63,792 bases of DNA, filler included, from Choristocarpus tenellus KU-1152 (GCA_964200185.2; 11 parts of 11 records of this genome joined end to end with filler, not necessarily neighbours in it), one strand, 5' to 3'; shown: positions 1-12,950, counted from the whole stretch's first letter. Translations and numbers: made by a program. Notes: generated by a model from the letters alone, not told the origin.

Positions 1-79
1 AAAAATGAAACATGAAAAAATTGAACCCAAAATGGACAGCTGACACCCCCCCACCCCCCCCTCCCAGATACTTTGAGTC
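1..79 (-). mobile_element. MITE family A, partial copy at window start
   Basis: CCAAAATGGACAGC...C-tract...CCCAGATACTTTGAGTC is the reverse complement of the family A left end. Confidence 0.75.
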
Positions 80-1140
80 TGTACACACCCCGCGATAAGT
101 TTTTTTTAATTTGGAACATTAGAGAGTGTTGTTTATTTTCTTGTTTGTCCCCTTCTGTGCTCTTTGTAAGTTCAAGCACTGTTGTCATGATACGAGTATA
201 TATATATATATATATGTAGTTTGAAACTGACGTCTTGCCAATACTCATCACGTACCTGTGGCAAACATATCACCTGCACAACTCCTATTACTACTGTACT
301 TTCACCTTCCTCCGTTGTCTGTATGATCCAGTCGGTGACACACAATGCAATATCGTGTTGAAGTAAACGTGCATACTCTTCTTCTCCTCCTTCTCAGTAG
401 GGGGTGTTGTAATATATATTTCTTTTATTTTCTAGTCTTGTTCTTGTGTTTACTTCCTCTATCACCCAGTCATATATTTTACCACGATTATATTCTAAGC
501 ATCACACTATTATTAAAAAAAAATCTTGTGTTGTTACTCCTCGAGTAACATATTATTATCGCCGTTACTATCATCGTTAATGTTAATATAATTTTCATCA
601 TCAGTATTATATTTACGATTATCATCATGACTACTACTTTCATTATATTTTTATTATCATTTTTATCGCCGTTGTCATCGTCTCACTCTGAGTATGCGAC
701 TAGGGACTACCTCAAACCTACCTGGGCCCAACCCGTGGTCAGAGGCACTACATAGCGCACTTGCTTCTCATTTCAACTACAACCTGAAATCGTTCTCATT
801 GCACCAACACCACACTGATCACACTGCCACGCAAGAGCCCCTTCCTCCCTCCTCGTGCGTTCGGGTTCAGTCGTCCCGCCGCTTGTCGCTCTTCCTCCTC
901 CCTCAAGTCTTGAGCAGCATAGCAAATACCTGGACGGATTTCTTTTTATCAGGCTCAAACACGAGCCTTTCACTGCATGGTGTTGGAGAGAGCACTCGAG
1001 CTCTTTGAATCATTGCACTCCTCCTAAAGCATAAAAGCATGCGCAACTATCCCCCCTGCTCTCGCAGCCGCTGACCTTTTGCATCTTCCCCCTTGCGACT
1101 AAGCAAACAATTCCGTTTTACGTGCTTGATGGCGACACAG

Positions 1141-1209
1141 GGGGTACTGTGTCTCTGGCTATCGGCAATGGCCCTTCAGCTAGGTCTGCTGTGCTTGAAG
1201 ACGTTTCAG
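1141..1209 (+). CDS. SulP/SLC26-family anion transporter, internal exon (first seen)
   Basis: cag|GGG...CAG|gtagg; 69 bp, phase 0; GVLCLWLSAMALQLGLLCLKTFQ, hydrophobic and in frame with the next exon. Confidence 0.65.
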
Positions 1210-1671
1210 GTAGGTACATGTGTGTGTGTGTGTGTGTGTTTGTTTGTTTGTTTGTTTGTTTCCCAACGCAGAAATGCAGTAGTCAGACTGGTGTTCTTGA
1301 ATCAGTACTCTTCTAGAACAAAAATGCATTTCAGTGGGAGGAAGTATTTTACAACAAAAAAATATCTTATTGTGTCCATTATCTACAAATTCGTACCACT
1401 CCCGTTGGTTGGTGACCTTTGTGCTCTAACCCTCAACTCCAATCCCAGACTCGTCCCATTTGTCTTGCAGGGACGCCTCCACCAGTGTAGTATAGCATAA
1501 TGAAGTAAAATATGTATATAAAGTATCATAGTAGTATAGTGTAGTATAGCATAACTTGCTCCAGACTAGTGCAATATATTAATAATACAATACAACGCAG
1601 TGCAGTATAAGCATCTCCATTCAAATTACGTTGGGCACTCTCTCACTCACTCAAAACCTGTTTTTTTGCAG

Positions 1672-1842
1672 GCTGCAGAACTGGTGACTCCTTTGTACAT
1701 GATGGTGATACCCACTGGATTTTATCTAGTCCTCTACTTCACTGGGACTAGCCCAGAGGAGGCGAGGGAGGCGAACTGGCTCTTCCCAAAGCCCCCCCCC
1801 ACACACTTCTTTGACTTGTGGGGAGTTTTTGACTTGTCAAGG
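1672..1842 (+). CDS. SulP-family transporter exon
   Basis: tttttttgcag|GCT...AGG|gtaag; 171 bp; AAELVTPLYMMVIPTGFYLVLYFTGTSPEEAREANWLF...DLWGVFDLSR. Confidence 0.85.
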
Positions 1843-2211
1843 GTAAGCAGTCTGGCCTAGTGAGGTAATATGGAGAACGCCCCCTCTAGTGCCGGGCAAG
1901 GGTAAAAGCAGTCGAGTTAGAGTAGGGTGGTGTGCAAAGCGTCCCAACTGGTTTCCAGCAAGCCCAGCCCATATAAATACTGCTGGTCTTCATCTTGTAC
2001 ATAGGTAATTATCGAAATCTGATTTTGAAGCTCCAGAACAAAGTTTTAGGTACCATAGCTGGCCAAGAGTCCGATGGTAGCAGCAGGCTCTTCTTGAACC
2101 TAAAAATATAAAAATTAAAAAGAGTACAGGGGATTGGGTCATGCTATGAGAGACACTACCTCCTACATTTACTCAGTATGGCGGAGTGACTTCTTAAAAT
2201 CTTCATTGATA

Positions 2212-2212
<1 letters not shown>

Positions 2213-2248
<36 letters not shown>
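2213..2248. repeat. (TAT)n microsatellite
   Basis: About 12 perfect TAT units. Confidence 0.95.
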
Positions 2249-2250
<2 letters not shown>

Positions 2251-2851
2251 TTACATATTCTCATCGTTATATACCTTTTTTTTATTTGCATGACTCTCAA
2301 CCAACGCATTTTCAGAGTGTTATCTTCCCCTATACTGATCTCTCTCTATATATATAATCGTGTATGTGTTACAAAAAAAATTGCAAGGGGCTGACTATCG
2401 AGTGCGCTGCCCATTTCTCTATTGGGCCAAAACCTTGTACATACAGGTGTTCCATTTAACAATTCTCTTAATTGAACCATGCAGCATTTATCAGAAGCAG
2501 CACCAGTGTTGGTCCAGTGTGGGGTGTGTGTGTATCATTGTCCAAGTGTTGGTCCAGAATTCTCCATCTTAGGAAGCTCTCTGAAGTAGTGCCTGCATCC
2601 CCAGACTCCACCAGGACTCACCTGGCCTAGGATGTTATTGCCCGTCCAATGCGTATTACAAATTGTTGAATGATTTCTTCCAACAGTGAAACTGCCACAT
2701 TTTCTAGTTTTTGCCCTTATTCGCGTTTGCCTTTGGGTAGGAAGTTAAACTTGCTGAGGCGTCTACTGTACGTGTGTCCTATCTGGTCTTCCAATCTGTG
2801 CATTGATAACCTCCTCGCTCTGTGTACACTTCATTTCTCATGTTTTAATAG

Positions 2852-2980
2852 GTGGACTGGCTCGCTGTGCAGGGGCAGATGTGGACGATGGGATCGCTAT
2901 CCACTTTCCTCCTGCTCCTTGTGCCTATTCGGATCCCCACACTATCGCTCACCACCGGAGAGGAAGCTGATTTCAACAAG
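2852..2980 (+). CDS. SulP-family transporter exon
   Basis: aatag|GTG...AAG|gtaca; 129 bp; VDWLAVQGQMWTMGSLSTFLLLLVPIRIPTLSLTTGEEADFNK, leading into the SulP D-x-N-x-E-L/I motif. Confidence 0.85.
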
Positions 2981-3353
2981 GTACAGGATACACTATCCAT
3001 TTGTGGCTGATTGACCATCATCCTCTTCCGCAGGTGTATGCAGTCCTCTGACGCCTACGGTTTATGCGATCTACAATATTAGTACTACTTTGCCGTATTA
3101 GAATAAATTGTTATTATTATTGTTATTGTTAGTTATTGTTCTTATCGTTATCTATTTATTTCTTTAGAAGGTAAATTTATTGAGAATTTTCGTTGTATTC
3201 CTTGCAATTCGGTTTCATTGAAATTGATTCGATGCTTGTTCCAGTGCGAACAAAACACGGAACACATGTTCGCGATACTTGGCGTGGTACACGGTAAAAC
3301 ATTAGTCTGTCCATATCACACTGGTGCCATATTGCTATTTTATTTTTTATTTA

Positions 3354-3392
3354 TATGCCCTCTGACATTTTGCAGATGTGTCAGGGGGAAAC
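3354..3392 (+). mobile_element. MITE family C, solo terminal hairpin/TIR
   Basis: TATGCCCTCTGACATTTTGCAGATGTGTCAGGGGGAAAC, the same terminus as copies near 21262, 41491, 42298 and 60211. Confidence 0.7.
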
Positions 3393-3477
3393 TGTTAAGG
3401 TCTCAATCTAGTCTGGGACTAGCTAGGATTCTATAGCTTTCAACCTACCTAGCACCTACCCCGTGGTCAGAATCACC

Positions 3478-3729
3478 GAGTCAAAGTAAACGCGAGAGTT
3501 GGATTTCCAGGGCGTCGACAAATTTGTACAAAATTTTCATCTTTTAATAAAAGGAATACAGGATACTTTCTGAAATGTGTCGAAAATTATCAAATAATAG
3601 AGAAATAAATACTCTCAAGTCTAAGTCGGAACTCCATCGATAGAAGTATGGGTGAATGGCAAGAGACTGAAAAACATACTTGAAATACAAAAGAGTCAAA
3701 ATCTGGGTACCTCTTGTCTACTTCGGCTC
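3478..3729 (+). mobile_element. MITE family D (about 250 bp)
   Basis: Imperfect TIR GAGTCAAAGTAAACGCGAGAG / CTCTTGTCTACTTCGGCTC; homologous to 15411-15675. Confidence 0.65.
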
Positions 3730-4820
3730 ACTATACACTTCACTACCTCACTACTTCTCTTCAACTATGGACTCTCATACTACGACTCATTTTGCTGCCC
3801 TGTGCATGCATGTATTGACATTTTCGCATACATCGGGCTCAGCCATCCCACCGCTTGTTATTCTACCTCCTCTTTCAAATCTCATAAAGTACTACTCCCC
3901 CTCCCCTGAATGAGGCCTTCCCTTCATGGTTGAGGCACTTTTCCTCTTCTTTTTTTTATGGTCTAGTGAAAATCAGGAGGGTACAGGTGTACTTTTCCAT
4001 TGTGTTTCCCACTTGATCAACTGAAATCAGATTCCCTGGAAAGAATTTCTGGAGCCGACCAGATTTGATACTGCACCTCTCTACCTTGAAAGGCCTATGA
4101 TGGTTACCGCTGACCTACAAGGGCAATCTTTGAACCAAAATTACCTCGAAGGGGTTCCTGATGAATTGTATGGACTCCTCCGACTTCCTGGTGGCACGTA
4201 TTTTTGGGGCGCGAAGTACACCGTTGTGGAGTGCATTTTATTTGTTTTGTGAGCACATTTAGATTGCAGAAGCAGGTTATCCTCATCATAGCTCCTTTTC
4301 CAATGTCTCTCGAAACATTTTGGAAAAAAGTCCTCGAACCTTAAAACAACTGGTACACCCTCCCTCCCCCACCCTCACAACGCTTACATTATCTCTGATT
4401 TTTTTTTTCAGCACAAGATGTTGTTCTGTCAAGGGAGCATGGCTTTGTTTTGTAGAAGTGGGCACATGAGCCACGACATTGCCTAATTGAGCTTTTCCCC
4501 TCGACATGGTCGACCTCCATCCCTCGTGAGATATGTCATAGGGGGGGGGGTGCATTTGAAGGCCTTGAGCATCTCTGACAATTGCTGCAATGCTCCATAT
4601 CAAAGAGACCCACTGCAAGTAGCAGTACATACTGCACCTCTTTTAGTCATGTTCTTGGCAAACCACACACCTTATCACAGTCCCGGAGAGATGTACAATT
4701 TTCGAAACAACAAGACAGGCAGAGAGGCAGGCAGGCAAGCAAGCAAGCAGGCAGGCTAGCAGGCAGGCACCTTACCTGTCTTCCCCCTACTGCTTTCCTC
4801 CTGATCTGATGGCATCCCAG

Positions 4821-5011
4821 GAAATCAAGGCACATGGTGTTGCCAACATGGTCACTGGTATGATGGGCTCTGTCCACAACTATTTGTCGTATTCCAATAG
4901 TGTCTTCTACTTCAACTGCGGGGGGCGGGGTCGCTTGGCCCAATGGCTCGTGTTTTCCTTCACAGGGGTCATGTTTTTTGTGGGTCCTTCACTCATTAAC
5001 TACATCCCAAG
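4821..5011 (+). CDS. SulP-family transporter exon
   Basis: cccag|GAA...AG|gttag; EIKAHGVANMVTGMMGSVHNYLSYSNSVFYFNCGGRGRLAQW...GPSLINYIPR, a typical SulP core segment. Confidence 0.9.
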
Positions 5012-6179
5012 GTTAGGTGGAACCATTTTCTAGGCACATGGCATCGCCTCCCGGTTTTGAATCACTAGACGAAATTCCTGCCTTCCAGCATCGCGCCCTG
5101 GACGATGCTGGCACTAGTGTGTCGAGTGTATGCAGAGGGTTAGACATTCGTGTAACACGACTTGTGTGGGAGAAGTTAATTACACAAGCCCAATTGGCAT
5201 TTAGCTCTTCTTCCCTCGGAGGAATGTAGAATGGCATTGCAAATGGTGGTTAACATCGGGGTGTCAGAACTTTTTTTCAATAATGCGCGTGATGTTTGTG
5301 TACCTGTTCATGCTGTGTGTTCATACACGAGGCCACCAGAAGGCTACTCTTAGTATTTGCTATTCTCCAACACAGGCACAATAGTAATATGGTACCTGCT
5401 GGAGGTAAGAGGGCGACCTTCAGTGGGGCAATCATTTGCTTTCTAGGTCTCATTTGCCCACTACGGATAGATGCAGATCTGACAAAATCTGCTCCTGGGG
5501 GAGCATGCTACGATGAGCATTTAAAATGTATTTGAAAAGGTGGGCAATGAGGCCTGCTCGGCGGAATTTGTCGGTAACATTGTGCTACAATAGTACGAGG
5601 GATGTAGGTCAAAAGGACTTCTTCTGTGCACAGAAGTATCGTGTGTGGTAAGTATGGAGACGTAGGATATTCCCAGAGTGTCTCTGCCTTTTTTTCTTTG
5701 CTCGCTGTCCTTGGCTAAGTGGTGTTGATATTTGACTGTCTTTGACCAAATATGTCTCACTATGCAGTACCAAATTCATGCTAGAGCATGGAGCTAGGTA
5801 ATTGACTTACCACACTATGAGGGCACAATGAAATCAATAGTGAGAATAGAGTGTTATGCCTGTGAGTTGATAAACTGACAAAAATATCGACGCACTGCTA
5901 GTGATACAGGAGACAGTTCTTATATGACAGTTTCATAGAAACCTGTGTGAACTAGATATGTGTAAGATTTAGTGCATTTCAAAAACAGGCTGCTTATTTC
6001 TTTTTCAAGTAGTGGTATTTTGTTTGCTCAAATTCTCAGGCACTCAACTCCTTCTTCACGAAGGATCTGTCTAACATTTATGAATCCAAACTACAGAGTA
6101 GTCACAGTTGGTGATCAAAACATTTGAGACTGATTCACCATCAAGGAGACCCCCTCTACCACCTGAGGTTTACTGAGCA

Positions 6180-6357
6180 GGCTCAAAGTATCTGAGGGGG
6201 GTGGCGGCTGTCCATTTGGGGTCAATTTTTTCATGTTGCGATTTTTAGTTGATTTGGTTGCATACGGCAGATGGATAATGTAAATGCACTATTCCTTATT
6301 TTGGGCCAAATGGACACCCTGGTGGAGACCCCCCTCCCCCCCCAGATACTTTGGGTC
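6180..6357 (+). mobile_element. MITE family A, complete (178 bp), intronic
   Basis: TIR GGCTCAAAGTATCTG(G)n / (C)nCAGATACTTTGGGTC; 4-bp TSD AGCA on both sides. Confidence 0.9.
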
Positions 6358-6548
6358 AGCATCGATACCACATCACCCAAACTCGGCAAGTTCAGCTCAG
6401 TACTGTAACACAACTACCCCCCAGCTTTACAATAAGTGTTCATTGTACCCCTTAAGACCAGGTTCGAACCTAAGGATACACAGCTTTAAAAATCTTTGCC
6501 TATGCCCCACCCTCATTCGTATTTTTGTTACCCCCCCCCCCTGATAAG

Positions 6549-6706
6549 GTGCGTGGCTGGGTGTGTGATGATGACGCTTGCTGTGGACCTGATCCAAAAC
6601 GCTCTTTGGGAGTCCAAGCCAAAGCTAGACGTATTTGAATACTCCAGCGTCGTGATCATCGCAACTACCATTGCAGTCCAGGGGTTTGTCACTGGCATCG
6701 CCGCGG
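6549..6706 (+). CDS. SulP-family transporter exon (gene continues beyond contig)
   Basis: ataag|G TGC...G|gtgag; phase matches the previous exon; CVAGCVMMTLAVDLIQNALWESKPKLDVFEYSSVVIIATTIAVQGFVTGIAAG. Confidence 0.88.
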
Positions 6707-6997
6707 GTGAGCCACCCATGGGATAGAAATGACTATGTTGTTTCTGCTGTTCAAATGTTTTCGGGCAAAATGTCCTGTATCTGCTGCCCTGCCCAAATGG
6801 TTTGGTACATCAGGCTCTAGCCAACAACATTGCCGCAATAGCCCATACCTCAGTGGTACATAGAGGGGAAAAAATGAGTGACCACACCGAAGTTGGGTTT
6901 GGTGATGTGCTGTAGCCACAACGAATTGGAGGCCTGGGGTGACTACTATGAATACTACATTTTTTTTGTGTAAATGCAGAGATTTGATGTTGGAAAT

Positions 6998-7174
6998 GGC
7001 TTAACGTATCTGGGGGGGATGGCAGCTGTTCAACTGGGGCCAATTTTTCATGTCACGATTTTTGGGTGATTTGGTTCCATACGTTGGATGGATAATGAAA
7101 GTGCACTTATCCTGTTTTTGGTCCAAATGAACATTCTGGTGTAGATCCCCCCCCCTCCCCAGATACTTTGGGTC
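6998..7174 (+). mobile_element. MITE family A, complete, intronic
   Basis: Same TIRs and internal sequence as 6180-6357; 4-bp TSD AAAT. Confidence 0.88.
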
Positions 7175-7205
7175 AAATATATGCTAGTATTGCGGGGGGG
7201 GGGTT

Positions 7206-7305
7206 NNNNNNNNNNNNNNNNNNNNNNNNNNNNNNNNNNNNNNNNNNNNTTAATTAATTAANNNNNNNNNNNNNNNNNNNNNNNNNNNNNNNNNNNNNNN
7301 NNNNN
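7206..7305. other. Artificial contig linker (44N-TTAATTAATTAA-44N), first of 10
   Basis: Identical 100-bp spacer with stops in all six frames; also starts at 10737, 18093, 21886, 25397, 31012, 47573, 51903, 55622 and 59716. Confidence 0.98.
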
Positions 7306-7334
7306 GGTGTGAGGGTGGTGGGGGGGTTGGTTGT

Positions 7335-7382
<48 letters not shown>

Positions 7383-7899
7383 GGGTGAGAGGCCTCTGTG
7401 GTACTAAAGAGTAAGAGAGTGTGGTGGGATATAGTGTGACCTACATATTGTGCAGTGAAGACCTGAAAGTGTTGATGCAGTGCTGTGTGTGTTAGGTGCC
7501 TGCTGTCTTATTTTAGTGAAAGCCTAAAAAAACAAAGATAAATTGGAATGCAAATATTACAACTTGCTGATCAAATCGATGTGCTGATGATACCGGGCCA
7601 AGCAATCAATGTCACTATAACTTGGCAGGCGTTGTAAATCGCTGACTGACTGACTGACTGACACACAGCCGAGTGGCGAACGTTAGATTCAGTTAATTAA
7701 AAAAAAGAAGAAAAAGAGAAAAGAGAAAAGAGAAAAGAGATCGATTAGAGGATTGGAAGGGCGGGTGTCATCTTTTGCTCCGTGCGATGGCCGAAACCCC
7801 CACCTTCCAATACATCCATGGGGTCCCCTTCCTGCTCCCTGCTGCGCTTGTTTTTTGTTTTTTGTTTTTATTGTCACTATTTTACTTATTATATCGCTA

Positions 7900-8410
7900 T
7901 ATATTTTTTTGAATGTCACCATTTGTTGTGTATCATCACTACTTTTTAGTTCACTATTCGCTTCTTATTTTTACTATTTTTTTTCTAATTCACTACATGC
8001 TTCTTATTACCACTTTTTTTTTTTTAATTCACTATTTACTTTTTAGTATCACTATCTATTGTGTATTATTGCTGGGGTTTTTTTAATTCCACTATTTACT
8101 TCCGATTCCCATTACCTATTTTTTAATTCACTATTTTTTTTAATTGTTACCAGTTGCTTTTTATCACCGCTATATATTTTTTAGTATCACTATTTGTTAC
8201 GTATTATCGCCATTTTTTTTTTAAATCCACTATTTACTTCTGATTACCGCTATATATTTTTTAACATCACTATTAATTGTGTATTATCGCTATTTTTTTT
8301 TTAAATCCACTATTTACTTCTGATTACCGCTATATATATATATATATTTTTTTTTTTCACTATTTTGTTTCAAATCCACTGCTTACTTTTTATCATCTCT
8401 ATACATTGTG
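7900..8410. repeat. Degenerate AT-rich tandem repeat (CACTATTT core)
   Basis: Recurrent CACTATTTACTT; GTATTATCGC...AAATCCACTATTTACTTCTGATTACCGCTATATAT occurs twice. Confidence 0.7.
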
Positions 8411-8789
8411 TATCGTCTCTCTTATCGGAAGGTCAGATGTGGAATGGAGAGTCCACAGCCATAACGTCACCATGTGGAAGGAGCCGGGGCAGGGGCAAGA
8501 CGAGGAGGAGGAAGTCGATAAAAAAAAAGAAGGGAAAAAAAGAAAAAAGGAGGAGGTAATTGCCAACGACAACCGTGCTTGTTGTCTGTTGTCAGGGGGT
8601 GCTGCATTGTATTGCAGTAGTAGTAGTTAGTGTGTGAGTCGGAATCAGAAGAAAGTTTGTACATGTAAGAATGACATGTGTGATTTACTACTGCGGTAAT
8701 TGTTGTCATTCTTTCGAGATTTTTTTTAATTATTATGTTATAAACGGTGGTGGGTATTACTGTCTTTTTATTTCATCGGACGATTTCAG

Positions 8790-9025
8790 AGATATTATTA
8801 TTATTATGATTTTGAAATTAAATAGTTTCAGAGTATTATTATTATTAAATGAAACGGTTCCAGGGTATTATTACTATTATTTGAAATTGAATGGTTCCAG
8901 AGTAGTAGTGTTATTATTTTTTAATTAAATGGTTCCAGAATATTATTACTATTATTATTTTGAAATTGAAGAGTTCCAGAGTATTGTTATTATTTTGAAA
9001 TTAAACATTTCCAGAGCATTTTTTA
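8790..9025. repeat. AT-rich minisatellite, 30-40 bp unit
   Basis: About 6 copies of TTATTATTTTGAAATTAAATGGTTCCAGAG-like units. Confidence 0.8.
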
Positions 9026-10304
9026 TTTTGTAAGACCTAGCCTTTTTGACAGGGTCGGTCCTGTTCTATTCCTGCGAGAGAAGTGTATTTGTACATACAT
9101 ACATACCTATATATATATTTGTATATTTTTATTTTTATTGCCTTTTCTCATTTGACAACGTGTCCAAGTCTTTCAAGTTTTGAATATTTAAGATCCATGA
9201 TATTTTGAGAATACACAAAAGATATATATTATATATATATTTATTTATTTTTAAGCAATGATAATGACGATGCAATATGTAGTTAGAAGAGAGGTGTATT
9301 GCCCAGAACAGTGATTGAGTCAAGAGTAGTAGCCCATGACAGGACGACACTGAATTTCTTTTTTTTTCTGGTGGGTGTGTTTGAATTATAAAAATTAAAA
9401 AAGTGAGTAAAAATTTAAACATCAACTTTACCATCATACAAATTTGGCACTAAGAAAAATAAAGGACATTTATTTATTTATTATTATTATTATTTTTTGT
9501 TTGTTTATTAATTTTTTTGAGACGCTCCCGCTTTTTATTTTATTTATTTCTCTTGTTCACACACCCCTCATTGTTGTACGTACCGAGAAGGTATACCCTG
9601 TACCTGTCACACGCCTTGAACGTTCTCATTTGAGTTTAAAAAAAAAGAAAAGGTATACCCTGTACCTGTCACACGCCTTGAACGTTCTCATTTGGGTAAA
9701 AAAAGAAAAGAAAATAGTAACACTTGAGTATCGTGTCATTGCATTGAAAAGATAACACATATAATTCTCAGGCACATAACACAGAGGCAGAGAGTATGAT
9801 GTGGAGTTGAGGGCGGGGGGGGGAGAGCATGGAAGAAGGGGGGTGGCATTATTTGGGAGGGGGGGGAGATCTGGAAGACTTGTTGAGTTGATTTGTAGTG
9901 GAGGTTGGGAAGAGGAGGAGGGGGAGGAGAAGGAGGAGGAGGAGTGTGTGTGTGTGGCCTATGGATACATGGGGGATTGGGGATGCAATGGGGGAACCCA
10001 TGGTTGTCCTTGAGTACATGAAAGGTGTTGGTATGGTATGGGAAGGCTTGTGTAAAAAGTTTTCAGTACTGACTGTAGCAATGGATATTGACTGAATTTG
10101 TACTCCAAGAGAGTGCTCTCAACCTTTGGAGCGTTCTGCGTTTCATGCCCTCCCCCTCCCCCTCCCCCTCCCCCAGACTGACACATTCACCCCCCACTGG
10201 TAATGCTGTTTGGAATGCTTGTTGAGGAAGTCGTTCAAGGTTAACTATAATTGTTGAAGTTGCTGTACAAATTCAAATCTCTCCCACTCCCCCCCCCCAT
10301 AACC

Positions 10305-10560
10305 TCTACCTTACAACCTGTACCTTATGCCCTATATCTTACACCCTGTACCTTATAACCTATACCTTACACCCTGTACCTCATAACCTATAGCTATACC
10401 CTGTACCTTACACCCTGTACCTTACACCCTGTACCTTACACCCTGTACCTTATACCCTGTACCTTATACCCTGTACCTTATACCCTGTACCTTATACCCT
10501 GTACCTTATACCCTGTACCTTACACCCTATACCTTGTATGCTGTACTCTGTACTCTGTAC
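10305..10560. repeat. 14-bp minisatellite (CCCTGTACCTTAYA)n
   Basis: About 17 units, perfect in the centre and degenerate at the edges. Confidence 0.92.
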
Positions 10561-10836
10561 CTCAGTAAAAGTGGTATATGTGTACCTATACCTGACCCTA
10601 ACCCTAACTCTAAATCAATAGGAGAGCAGAAAGGCGACCAAGAGGGTCAAGCAGGGTCAGGGTTGGTGGGGAGAATTTGACATGTACAATGTTGAGGGGG
10701 AGGAAGGGAGGGAGGGGGAGGGAGAGGGAGAGCCAGNNNNNNNNNNNNNNNNNNNNNNNNNNNNNNNNNNNNNNNNNNNNTTAATTAATTAANNNNNNNN
10801 NNNNNNNNNNNNNNNNNNNNNNNNNNNNNNNNNNNN

Positions 10837-10884
10837 TGGACACCCTGGTGTAGACCCCCGCCCCCCTCCCAGATACTTTGGGTC
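10837..10884 (+). mobile_element. MITE family A right end at contig start
   Basis: TGGACACCCTGGTGTAGACCCC...CAGATACTTTGGGTC. Confidence 0.8.
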
Positions 10885-11699
10885 TCTGGCCTCTCGCCAT
10901 TTGTCAACTGCTTGATCATTTTTGAGGTATTGAAGAGAGCTTACGCACGGAATTGGGATATCATCATTAGTATGGGACTTGTTTAGGGTATTCGTAGCTT
11001 TGCTTGGCCTGGTCTTGAAGAGGTCTTGTTTTGTGAGTTCACATTGCTAGATGGAAGGTGCGGCTTTCATCTAAAATGTAGTAAGTTTAAACTTAAACTG
11101 GGGGCAGAGTTACATATGAAGTATAGCTCTGGTGAGACTCGAGATAGTAAAGTTGTAACCTGTCCTTGGTCGAAGGGATATGCGCCTTGCTCCACTTTTT
11201 TCTCACTTCATTTATGACCCTCAGGGTATGATAGTGTGATTTAAGTTCTACGATTCAGCAACCTTACCAGTTTTAGAAGAATATTTTCTCTGCCTGTTGG
11301 GATGGCTCATGAGAAAGGCTTGGTCAGTCAATCCCAAGGGTGGACAGTGGCTTAGAAAGGTCACCAAAATTTTGTTTTGAGTGTGAACTTCAAGTCACAG
11401 GAGAGACAGTTTACTTATCTGGGAGAAATCACTACTACTAGTGTCACCCAAATTACCAAGCCACCTCAATTGGGTCTCATTGTAGTTCTTGAGATTGGTC
11501 CAGCAGATCGAATTGGGGCTTGAATACCTGTGTCGTAGCACATCTACTTTAACATATCCTTCAACAACCTCAAACCTTGGATAAACACAATTCGAGTAAC
11601 AAGGGTCTGACTAAGGGACTCCTATGTTGAAGATAAGTTATCTCATATAGACTGCGGCTTGATATTCAGGTTTACGAGATGGGATCTAAGATGGAAACA

Positions 11700-12950
11700 C
11701 CCAGAGACGCATTTTGACCCCCAAGGATATGGTAGATCTAAATTTTATTTCACCACTCACACATGACAAATACCAAGTCATCAGTTTGTCCAGAGCCAAG
11801 TTGAGCACTCAACACCCAACTCAGCTCTACAGATCATGTAAGAGTACATGGTGGTTATCAACCCCTGATATCCATTATGGTTGTGTGCTTAAACCTTGAA
11901 AGCACTCCAGAGTGCTATTTCATGCCCTGGGTTAATACTTACAATAGGGTCCAATATATTGCCGTATTTTGCAATGTCCTTGTGTATTCCAGCTGGCCTC
12001 AATAACACAACCAAAATATTTGGAAAATCGGTGACACCAACTTGCCATGATAGTTACATTTCCAGTATAGAGTTACTTGTCCGCAGAGTCAGGAATACAC
12101 ACACTAGAGTACTTCATTGTTGCACCAATATTGCCTATACTCCTACATTTCAACAGTTGAACCTACTCCAGTACTACTTGTTGAGCGTTGATATCTAACC
12201 TATCCCTGACCCCAGGCCCAGAGCGGGGGGGCAGATAAAGTTGCCTACTCTCTCGCCAAAAACATTTAGATCCCACTCTTGTTTCCCTTGGTATACCACC
12301 AATACATCGCCAGATGGCCATTGAATAACATAAATGGATGTACAAGCTTGCATTTACTGCTTAAGATTCTTCTTTTGACTAGATCTAACTACTATTGGGT
12401 GCAGCCTGCGTTGCCCAGTGCTACATGTCCACCATAGCTCTGCTGAATGTTATGCCCTTACTCCAAAGAATGGACGTAGCCTATGCAAGTGTGATCCCAC
12501 CTCCTCATCTCTCCAACCAATCCCTTCACACTTCGAGCATCTTAACCCTCTCCTCTCCTCATAACCCCTACCAATGCCTCTGCCCCTACCTCCCACCTCC
12601 TTCTCCATCCTCCTACGCCCTCTCACTGTATGTTTCTGTTCTACCTACTGATATTAGATTTTCACCTCCCCTTTGCTACCTGGTCTATCCCTTGTTGCCT
12701 TTCCTGCGTCCAAGACTTTTAGCGATGCCCTCCTTCAGAGTCCAGAGTCTAATTCCCTTCGGGAAAGGTATACATACCGCAGTAAGGATCACTTCTTGGA
12801 TACTGCGATTCTTGAGGCCACTCCTGACATTCGCCTCAATGTCATGTCCAGGTGCGCCAAGGGTCATTGAACTCAAATCACTCGTTTTTACAGTACAGGG
12901 ACAGATACTTCGAAAAAAATGATTATGGCATCACAATTCTGCTGCACTCC
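11700..12950 (-). mobile_element. Highly degenerate non-LTR (LINE) reverse transcriptase remnant
   Basis: Broken minus-strand motifs in RT order: GAPGHD, KEGIAKSLGRRKG (W.EG.I..L.KKG-like), LWSKGI, NVFGERVG, SKYFGCVI (YKYLG-like); boundaries approximate. Confidence 0.5.

Noticed and set aside
7250-7261. Recurrent TTAATTAATTAA palindrome as a biological element
   Set aside because: Always centred in exactly 88 Ns; it is a synthetic six-frame stop linker.
7306-7390. Long poly-G tract as a functional G-quadruplex
   Set aside because: Lies at a contig edge where homopolymer length is unreliable; such tracts are common in this window.
9959-10136. Possible terminal exon NAPKVESTLLEYKFSQYPLL on the minus strand
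   Set aside because: Plausible acceptor but no recognisable motif or partner exon; cannot be supported.
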